A program made the position numbers and the translations under genes. Shown piece after piece: positions 56,901 to 64,000 of a DNA stretch of 64,000 nucleotides. The stretch comes from a virus (lineage: Duplodnaviria; Caudoviricetes). The notes under the pieces are model-generated. The model searched no databases, was not told the origin of the DNA, and worked only from the letters and a program-made list of their open reading frames with translations. The stretch spans positions 1 to 64,000 of IMG/VR virus record IMGVR_UViG_2974655483_000001. The stretch is one strand, 5' to 3'. The first letter of the stretch is position 1. Each line of letters starts with the position of its first letter.

Positions 56901-59900
56901 TACAATTTATGGTGCAAATCCAATCATCTACAACGGATCTTTCCTTGTAACCTCTAGAGACAGTACTACTGTATTTCAGTATCAACTTCCTCAACCTGCA
57001 AATGTAGTTCCTCAAGGAAATATCCTTGTTTCCATTGACTTGAACAAAGGTAAGTCGGATAGTTCTGCAGTTAATAATGCAATTAGTCCTTACACAACTA
57101 ATGTTCAAAATACTTTCTTCAATACTACAAACACTTATATTGCGTCTACAGGTATTCCAAACTACAATATTGGACCTTTCCCTGGATCGGCATTATTACC
57201 TGGCAACCAACGTAAATTGAATAGGTTTCCAATCACTCCTGTTACAATCTCAACTAAAAATCTGATTGTACCTGGTCCTATTGGAACATGGGTAAATGGT
57301 GTCTCTATTTGGTCCTATAAGTCTGATGTCACTAAAATCTTTGGTGCCGTAACGTCAATTGCTATCAATAATGCAGGAAATGGATATGATGCTGCACTCC
57401 CACCAGCAATTACGATTAGTGGTGGTGGGGGAACTGGAGCAGCAGCAACTGCGACTGTTAATGGTTCTATTAGTGAGGTTACAGTAACTGAAGGCGGTTC
57501 TGGGTACACTTCTTCTCCATTGGTATCTATTGTTGGTGGAGGCGGTTCTGGAGCGTCAGCAACAGCAATTATTACAAAGGGTGTAGTTTCTAGTATTCTT
57601 GTCAATTCTGGAGGAACTGGATATACTTCCCAACCATCTATCACTGTTGTTGGTGGTGGAGGATCTGGTGCTGAAGGTACTGCAGCGGTTCGAGGGCCAA
57701 TTCAATCAGTCGCCATCACTAATGGTGGGGCATCTTATACATCTAATCCTAGTATTATTCTTAGTTCTGGTGCTGGTGCTGTTGCACAGGCAATTATTAA
57801 TGATGGACGTATTATTTCAATTGCTATCATTTCGGCAGGTTCTGGATATACTACAGCACCAGAGGTAACTATCCAGGGAGATGGTTTTGGTGCTGTTGCT
57901 AGAGCAACTATTGATGTTGATGGTGAAAATGCTGGTAAAGTTACTGGAATTGAAATTGTTAATAGAGGTATTGGATATAGTCAAGGTACGACTATTATTA
58001 ACTTAAACTCTGTTGGTCAAGGTGCTTCTTTCTTAGCAAATGTATTCCAATGGACTTATAATTTGCAAGAGACAACAACCGTTGATAGTGCTAAGGGATC
58101 TGTATTTGAAGGATTTAATAATCAGTACGGTGGAGAATATGCACACCTTTCCAATCCTCAAAGACTTAGATACATTCTAGGCGACAATCTATTTGCTAAT
58201 GTAAATGATCAAATTCTTGAACAGGATGATCAATTAGGACATTCTCCTATTATTGGATGGGCATTTGATGGCAATCCAATTTATGGTCCTTATGGATATT
58301 CAGACCCTACCAATCAGTCTTCTTCAATCTCTAGATTGAGAACTTCTTATAGATTAAAGGCAAATTTAGTTTATGATGAGGTTACTAATCCAACTCCTGT
58401 TAGAACTGATGGACCTCTGCTATCAGAGGAGATTGCAGGTAAGTTTGTAGAAGATTATGAGTATTCCTTCAGTTTAGGAGATCTTGATCAATATAATGGT
58501 AGGTTCTGTAAGACTCCAGAATATCCCACTGGTAGGTATTGCTATTTTGTAACTATTGATGCTACAGAGCAAGGTAATCCAGTATTTCCATATATTCTTG
58601 GACCAAGTTTTAACTCGGTTGTTGATACCTGGAATCTTTCTACGACTGCTGTTCAACAAAATATTCCTATTGGTGTTGTTCGTTATCGCGATCCTTATGA
58701 AAATGTAGATATTGATGTTGAAAGAGCACCAAATGCATCTACTAATGGATTGACATTGGAAAATGGAGATATTCTAACTTTCGATGTAGAAGATGAAAAT
58801 AGAGATGGTGTTATTAGTGCAGAAGAAACTGCAGATCCAGATCAAATATTTGAAGAGTCTCCATTACAACTATTCGATTACTTCCCGACAGTAAAATTAG
58901 ACTCTAAGGTTGATATTGAAGTAGAAACTATCACTAAATTTGAAGATGCTTCAATTACGGGATTTGTTGTTGAAAATGCTGGTATTAACTATCAGGTAGA
59001 TGATAGACTCATCTTTGATAATACAGATACTGGTGGTGATGGTGCTTCTGCACGAATTTCTAGAATTAAGGGAGAAACAGTTTCTGCGTATACATTTGAA
59101 AATGTTAGTGGCAATAATTTTGGCGTACTAACTACCAGTGTTCCCCATAATTTACAGGTTACAGATACTGTTTTTGTAGATTATACTCCTATAATGGATA
59201 ATACAAATAAAACATTTGTAGTCCGCCAATTTAAGGGTATTGAAAATATTACAATTGCACAATCTGGTTCTGGATACAACGAAGATATCCCTCCTACTCT
59301 TGTTATTGATGGTGACGGTGTTTCTGGTAAACTTGAAGCAGTTGTTACTAGTGTTGGATCAATTGATACTGTAAATATTCTTAATTCTGGTTCTGGATAC
59401 ACTTCCAATCCTAGAGTTATTATTAGTCATCCTCAGGTATTCAAAAAAGCAGAATATATTGTTTCTAAAATAGAAAACAATGAAAATGTAAAAGTTAATG
59501 ACATATTTGTAAACAATAATAAAGAAATCTTTATCTGTGGTAAAACTTTAGATTCTAGTGGCAACAGTGTTGCATTTGTCTCTAAACTTTCTACAACAGG
59601 TGTTAAAGAATGGGAAAAAACATTAGAACTTAGTACAGGAACTAATTATGCAGAATTCCAGAAACTTTATGTTGATGGTGATGATATCTGGGTAGTTGGT
59701 GTCAACCGACCAAATATTTTGGTTCTGGATGCATATAATCCAGATATTATTTTGGTGAAATATACACAATCTGATAATGGATTGAGTGCGTCTCTTCAGT
59801 TCCAAAAAGGATATTCGGGGATCTCTGGTGCTACTAGAGCGGATAATATCACATGTATCAAAAAATATTCAGATACTCGATATGTAATTGGAGGATTTAC

Positions 59901-62900
59901 TAATACTAACTCAGGAAGTCCTTTTGATGCATTTATTGCCTTAATTGACACTGCAGGTAGTTTTGCAATTAAGAGGAAAATTGCTTCTGTAAATGATTCA
60001 GAAAAACTTACCGATATTGTTGTAGATGAAGGTAACATTTACTTTACTTTAGAAACTTCTAATACAAACACTGATAATAATGTTAATGTTGCATTTGGTA
60101 AAGCAACTGTAGGAACCAATTCTATTCAGGTTGAATATGTTAATGAGTACAGCAATGCTGGGTATTCGTTCTTAGATAGTAGTCTTGCTATTGATGAATT
60201 TAAAGAACTTTATATTAATGCTACACTTAGAGCAAAGAGTGATAATGTCACTAGAGATAGTGTTTGGGTTGGTAAAGTTGATACTACTGGTGAGTTTGTT
60301 TGGAACTATAGATACCTTGCTCCAGGTAGAGATGTTAATGCCGTTGGTAAATGTGCTATTGATATTTTTGGTGATTTAAACATTGCATTTAATAGAGTAG
60401 ATAATACTACTGGTCTTAAAACTGTAGATACTGTTAAGATTGGATATGATGGTGTACTTAAAAATCATACAACTAATGAGTTTAATGAATATAGAATTGA
60501 GGGTATTACAGCACATTCTATCGATGTAGATAATTCTGGTGATGTATATGTCTTTGGTCAAACTTCGTGGAACAGAAATGAATTCTTACTTGAGTTCACT
60601 GGTGGTGCCACTACAGATACTTTTGGTAATTACACCCCGACATTTGTTGGTGCTGATGCAACACAATCACTACATTTAGATGGTGGAGTTGCAAAAATTT
60701 ATGGTAGAGATGTTGCAACTCCTGCTAATTGGGAAAATGCATACATCGAATTCCCTAACAGCACCTTAGGAAATACACTGAATGAAAACTGGACTTTAGA
60801 GTTCATGTTGTATCAAAATTCTGCTTCGACGGATACTCATAGTCAAGATCAACAAACTTTAGTTGCTATTGGCGATGCTACTGATGCAACTGGTGGTCTC
60901 TGGTTGTATTATGATCGTACTGCAGCAGGTCCATCTGGATATTTGGAGTTGATTGTAACCAATAACACCACATCTATCAATTCTGCTGGAGGTGCTGTAC
61001 AATCTTCTCTAACTACAATGTTTGCTGATGATACTTGGCAATTTATTGGATTGAAAAAAGAAGATAATCTATTTACGGTTTATGTAAATGGTATTAGTGT
61101 TATTACTGCTACTGTTGCTGATACATCGTTTACATCTAAGAAACTTTATATTGGTAATATTGCTGGTAGAAATGGTACAACTGGAAATTGGAGATCTGAT
61201 GAGCAAGGTCAGTATTTTGTAGATAATCTTAAACTGAGAAATCGCGCTATTACTCCTACGGTTCCTTCTGACGTATCTGCTCTACCTACTAGTAGTACAT
61301 TTGGTTTAAGTTACAGTTGGACTGATACATCATGGTTCGACACATATAATAATTTGCATGATTATATTGATTATTCTGGTTGGGGTGTAAAAGTTGATAA
61401 AAATGCTGATGCTACAAGAATTGGTGATCAAGGTATTCAACTGAATACTCAACTTGGATATGTTCGTACTGCGGTTACTCCTGTAACAGGTAGTGCTTTA
61501 ACTATTGGTAGTACGGGATTTGCTCTAGGTTCTTTAGGTCTTCAATCTTTAGACTTTGATGATGCAACAACTACAATGTCTGAGGATACTGAGACACTAA
61601 CTTACACTAAAGATATTTGGAGTTCCAGAACTGCCACAATTCCTTCTCCTGGATCACAGAAACTGATTATTAATGCGGTTGTCAAGGATAGGTATTACTT
61701 CAAAGTTACTGATACTGTTAAAATTGACAATATTCAAATTTTGACTATTAATCAGGCATTTAGATTTACTGTTGGTACAAAATTAGTTTTGAATGACGAT
61801 AGTGGAAGTTTTATTAATAGCGGATATATTACAAAAGTTGATAATGCTAATAACAAAGTATATTTGGCAATTAATAACAATTCTTGGACTAATGACTTAA
61901 ATACAGGTCAACTTTCTACATCTCAGTTTGATGAGCAGTCTACATACGGCATTGTTGGACCAATTCCTCTTGATATCAATCAAATTGATTCATATACATT
62001 TGCTGAGGTAGATAATACCACTCCTGGCACCTTCACCATTGATCTTGACAAATATAACTTAGATGGTACTTATAATGCAGCGGGTGGTCAAAATCTTGAT
62101 TCCTTTGCTCAGTTTAAACCATATTCTGATGATGATTATTCAGTTAGAATTGATGAAATTTCAGGATCTTCCACATTCATTGTAGGATCTGTAGTTACTA
62201 TAAGTGGCGGAGATATTAGTTATAATGCAGCATATAGCACAGCAACTATTACTAATCTCACTGGTGTTCTTAAAATTACATTAGTTGCTAATCTGACAAA
62301 GATTCTTAGAGTTACTGCTGTATCAAATAGCGATGAAGTTTATGTCATCACTGATACTAGACATTATCTAACTCCTGGATCTATGTTGAATGTAGATGGA
62401 AATCCATCAGAAACTGTTAATACAGTTGTTTATGATGAATATGATGGTTCTTTCCCTGTAGATACTGTAATTAGTCCTTTAGAATTTACATATAAACTTC
62501 CACAGGCAGCAATTACAAGTCCTGCTACCAGTGCTTCTAATGTCAGTATCTATATTAAGTCTCCTGTCCTGAAGATGTATTATGGTCACCAGTATTTGTT
62601 TGACCTCAGTCATTCTTCAATGGTTGGTGGTAATTTATCTTTTTCAAAAGATCCTCTTTATAAACTTGAGTATTCATTCAACTCTATTGAAAGAGTTGGA
62701 ACTCCTGGAGTAACTGGCGAAGGTGCCACTACACCTACCGTTAAGTTTAAAGTTGATGAAGATGTTGTAACAAATATTTCATACTATTTCGATCCTTCGA
62801 GGGTTGGTGATAACGATTCGCCTATCATTCAAGGTAGTTATCTGGATGTTGTTTCTTCTCCATATAGAGGTACATTCCAAGTTAGTGGTGTTGCTGGTGC

Positions 62901-64000
62901 AACAATTACTAGGGGAGCAGACCAGATTAAATTCCCTCTACAGAATGAACCAGAAGGTAACGCTGATGTTTCTAGGGCGTCATATTCAACTAGTTCTAGA
63001 AGGGCAGTTGGTTCTATTGATAATATTCGTATTGTTAATCCTGGCGGATTCTACACAAGACTTCCAATTGTCGATAGTATTCAATCCACAAGACAGATTG
63101 AAAGAGTTACTATCAACGAACCTGGTACTGAATATGCTGTAGGACAGTATACTGGTGTTTCTATTGCTGGTGACGGCGAGGGTGGTTTCGTTACTATTAC
63201 AGTTGCTGATGGAACTGATGCTGAGGGTGGTGCAATTCCTGGACAAGTTCAAAGTGTCATCGTCACATCACCAGGAAAAGGATATACTACAGCAACAGTT
63301 GATATTGATTCTGTGCCAGGTATTCTTGGCGCTGGTCTGACTGGTTCTGGCGCTGAAGTTACAGTAGTTATTCCCCCATTCGGAACAGCAGCATCTATCT
63401 TTACTGTAGGTTCTAGTGTTGGTAAGATTAAAAAACTGAAGAATAATAACTTTGGTTATGATTATCCTCATGACTACACATTACGTCCTGAGATTACATT
63501 CCCAATTAATGCACAGTTAACATCTACTAGTATTTTGGATAGTGTTACAGTCACTGATCCTGGTTCTGGTTATTCTCAGGCACCTGCAGTTATTATTACT
63601 GGCGGTGGTGGTACTGGTGCTATTGCTCAATCTACTATTAAGAATGGTCGTTTGGATAGAATTGAAGTCAAGGATCCTGGTCTTGGATATTCTTCTACAC
63701 CAACTGTAGAATTGAAATCTTCGTTTAATTATGTTGTTAACCTAGATTTGGGACTTTTACAATTCTCCTTCCCACATGGTATTGCACAAGGTTCTGCAAT
63801 TACTCTCGCTGTAGTAGATACTGGTGATGGTGCTGAGTTCCCAATCGCTGCTGGCGCAGTTGGTAGATTGAACGGGGTTACTACTTATTATGCAATTTCA
63901 GGAGCAGCAAATTCTCTTGAAGATGACCAGTTAAAGTTTGCAATTACTCCAGCAAACGCAGCACTTGGAGATGCATTATCATTTACTAATGCTGGTACAG
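53965..64000 (+). CDS. gp7: giant baseplate wedge initiator (more than 3300 aa, truncated by the window end)
   Basis: Absent from the track because it has no stop in the window; MDINKVS.....Q.P.FI..EYPLF.KF..YYY, IK.IKDFY..KGT, many GGSGY...P.V repeats, follows gp6. Confidence 0.8.
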   Translation, partial: MDINKVSHVSSYQTPQFIESEYPLFNKFIEYYYQSQEKTGLGQNIINNFLQYLDIDKLDIGILDGVTKVVDPVNVTDTTITVETVDPFLEKNGSILIGDEVIYYEETVSSPNIALTPGISYTQVQLKWVLLANNISLFDGVRRVFPLVSQDNPIGPSSPQHIIVKVYGKTLTPVVDYTVSGTNIVYTIAPRTATAADDTSTTSVTYLNGFSENTIVQIDDISSAFGDNKTTFELTVNSEKYEPIADEFLLAVYDDRLLVPKVDYFIDGSIFIFNVAPLNGRSLSLYSIEAPIPSFGSGAVGYSRVNDLGNISSVIPSTNGFGYRFDYPPKVSVNSSVGSGASVKTLVDGIKSVSLLSGGAGYSESNPPTVKVQFPTKEGYVEPTLKATVTNGAVSAIDIISSGSGYTFTPRITFEQPGGAVLAPPTIVGGSVSGAITITNGGQGYTTPPLVYIDEPTGLDGIKASFTTTLTDGEITAVNILNAGQGYETVPRISVIDPVGAQVLETVVDGDGRVISVELLFGGSGYTDVPSVYIVDNRQNDVGTYIGGTGATAVAAIFNGQITDINITNFGTGYSADNPPQIVIQKPVDAKASATVGLQEITGFSVLKAGKEYTKAQFLGCARAASGITDYTQDGNAVFSNSTTAAEASTDTSVKCLDALFIKRLLDKYTEQFLPDVPTLDYSKIDVRTSIKTIKDFYSAKGTSFSIAYLFKLLYGETVTVSYPKDQIIKPSAATWSVDTVLRATLVSGLPENIQDGLLEQVADISDPNILAATALIENFISIQTAQDTIYELALSEETIEGTFVVPYKTKLAEPLNTTEGIITVDSTIGWPERNGEFVISSGVGSEVVQYKEKSLNQFIECTRSVNGVVEDWDSATQVSSNFNVFINRGTAQEVVLNIVGIVDAQQTTLTDTGSYYLPGDKLLISKLGGTGTGPELTTWLYNVKKLIEVESIAFGGINNQSATVTCSNPHGLLVGDQVTIYGANPIIYNGSFLVTSRDSTTVFQYQLPQPANVVPQGNILVSIDLNKGKSDSSAVNNAISPYTTNVQNTFFNTTNTYIASTGIPNYNIGPFPGSALLPGNQRKLNRFPITPVTISTKNLIVPGPIGTWVNGVSIWSYKSDVTKIFGAVTSIAINNAGNGYDAALPPAITISGGGGTGAAATATVNGSISEVTVTEGGSGYTSSPLVSIVGGGGSGASATAIITKGVVSSILVNSGGTGYTSQPSITVVGGGGSGAEGTAAVRGPIQSVAITNGGASYTSNPSIILSSGAGAVAQAIINDGRIISIAIISAGSGYTTAPEVTIQGDGFGAVARATIDVDGENAGKVTGIEIVNRGIGYSQGTTIINLNSVGQGASFLANVFQWTYNLQETTTVDSAKGSVFEGFNNQYGGEYAHLSNPQRLRYILGDNLFANVNDQILEQDDQLGHSPIIGWAFDGNPIYGPYGYSDPTNQSSSISRLRTSYRLKANLVYDEVTNPTPVRTDGPLLSEEIAGKFVEDYEYSFSLGDLDQYNGRFCKTPEYPTGRYCYFVTIDATEQGNPVFPYILGPSFNSVVDTWNLSTTAVQQNIPIGVVRYRDPYENVDIDVERAPNASTNGLTLENGDILTFDVEDENRDGVISAEETADPDQIFEESPLQLFDYFPTVKLDSKVDIEVETITKFEDASITGFVVENAGINYQVDDRLIFDNTDTGGDGASARISRIKGETVSAYTFENVSGNNFGVLTTSVPHNLQVTDTVFVDYTPIMDNTNKTFVVRQFKGIENITIAQSGSGYNEDIPPTLVIDGDGVSGKLEAVVTSVGSIDTVNILNSGSGYTSNPRVIISHPQVFKKAEYIVSKIENNENVKVNDIFVNNNKEIFICGKTLDSSGNSVAFVSKLSTTGVKEWEKTLELSTGTNYAEFQKLYVDGDDIWVVGVNRPNILVLDAYNPDIILVKYTQSDNGLSASLQFQKGYSGISGATRADNITCIKKYSDTRYVIGGFTNTNSGSPFDAFIALIDTAGSFAIKRKIASVNDSEKLTDIVVDEGNIYFTLETSNTNTDNNVNVAFGKATVGTNSIQVEYVNEYSNAGYSFLDSSLAIDEFKELYINATLRAKSDNVTRDSVWVGKVDTTGEFVWNYRYLAPGRDVNAVGKCAIDIFGDLNIAFNRVDNTTGLKTVDTVKIGYDGVLKNHTTNEFNEYRIEGITAHSIDVDNSGDVYVFGQTSWNRNEFLLEFTGGATTDTFGNYTPTFVGADATQSLHLDGGVAKIYGRDVATPANWENAYIEFPNSTLGNTLNENWTLEFMLYQNSASTDTHSQDQQTLVAIGDATDATGGLWLYYDRTAAGPSGYLELIVTNNTTSINSAGGAVQSSLTTMFADDTWQFIGLKKEDNLFTVYVNGISVITATVADTSFTSKKLYIGNIAGRNGTTGNWRSDEQGQYFVDNLKLRNRAITPTVPSDVSALPTSSTFGLSYSWTDTSWFDTYNNLHDYIDYSGWGVKVDKNADATRIGDQGIQLNTQLGYVRTAVTPVTGSALTIGSTGFALGSLGLQSLDFDDATTTMSEDTETLTYTKDIWSSRTATIPSPGSQKLIINAVVKDRYYFKVTDTVKIDNIQILTINQAFRFTVGTKLVLNDDSGSFINSGYITKVDNANNKVYLAINNNSWTNDLNTGQLSTSQFDEQSTYGIVGPIPLDINQIDSYTFAEVDNTTPGTFTIDLDKYNLDGTYNAAGGQNLDSFAQFKPYSDDDYSVRIDEISGSSTFIVGSVVTISGGDISYNAAYSTATITNLTGVLKITLVANLTKILRVTAVSNSDEVYVITDTRHYLTPGSMLNVDGNPSETVNTVVYDEYDGSFPVDTVISPLEFTYKLPQAAITSPATSASNVSIYIKSPVLKMYYGHQYLFDLSHSSMVGGNLSFSKDPLYKLEYSFNSIERVGTPGVTGEGATTPTVKFKVDEDVVTNISYYFDPSRVGDNDSPIIQGSYLDVVSSPYRGTFQVSGVAGATITRGADQIKFPLQNEPEGNADVSRASYSTSSRRAVGSIDNIRIVNPGGFYTRLPIVDSIQSTRQIERVTINEPGTEYAVGQYTGVSIAGDGEGGFVTITVADGTDAEGGAIPGQVQSVIVTSPGKGYTTATVDIDSVPGILGAGLTGSGAEVTVVIPPFGTAASIFTVGSSVGKIKKLKNNNFGYDYPHDYTLRPEITFPINAQLTSTSILDSVTVTDPGSGYSQAPAVIITGGGGTGAIAQSTIKNGRLDRIEVKDPGLGYSSTPTVELKSSFNYVVNLDLGLLQFSFPHGIAQGSAITLAVVDTGDGAEFPIAAGAVGRLNGVTTYYAISGAANSLEDDQLKFAITPANAALGDALSFTNAGT

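Noticed and set aside
54942-63471. Many short ORFs on both strands listed in the track
   Set aside because: All lie within the single long gp7-like frame starting at 53965.

Overview
A 64 kb segment of a T4-like (Kyanoviridae-type) marine cyanomyophage, most likely infecting Synechococcus or Prochlorococcus. In order: (1) replication genes gp59, DUF1825, gp32; (2) a baseplate/tail module (gp53 and gp48 on the minus strand; then gp4, a gp19/54-like tube protein, gp26, gp51, two paralogous tape-measure-like proteins, a gp27-like hub, gp5), interrupted by the auxiliary metabolic genes cp12 and cpeT; (3) four tRNAs (Val-TAC, Leu-TAA, Thr-TGT, Asn-GTT) among small ORFs; (4) a tail-fibre cluster ending in a chaperone, a U32 Fe-S/SAM-methyltransferase fusion and a 2OG-Fe(II) oxygenase; (5) a ~12 kb early-gene island (35-47.5 kb) built from at least 11 copies of a palindrome+promoter repeat, carrying dam, a PD-(D/E)XK nuclease, a ParB-like protein and an SF2 helicase, and ending in a cluster of cyanobacterial-type DnaA boxes; (6) PAAR, gp25, gp6 and a giant gp7-like wedge protein that runs off the window end. 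The best candidates for new biology are a lambda G/GT-style -1 frameshift fusing gp26 to gp51, a possible tail-fibre modification operon, the promoter-cassette array whose repeats supply upstream stop codons, a phage-borne Dam/nuclease pair, and the DnaA-box cluster. All family assignments come from motif recognition by eye, not database searches.
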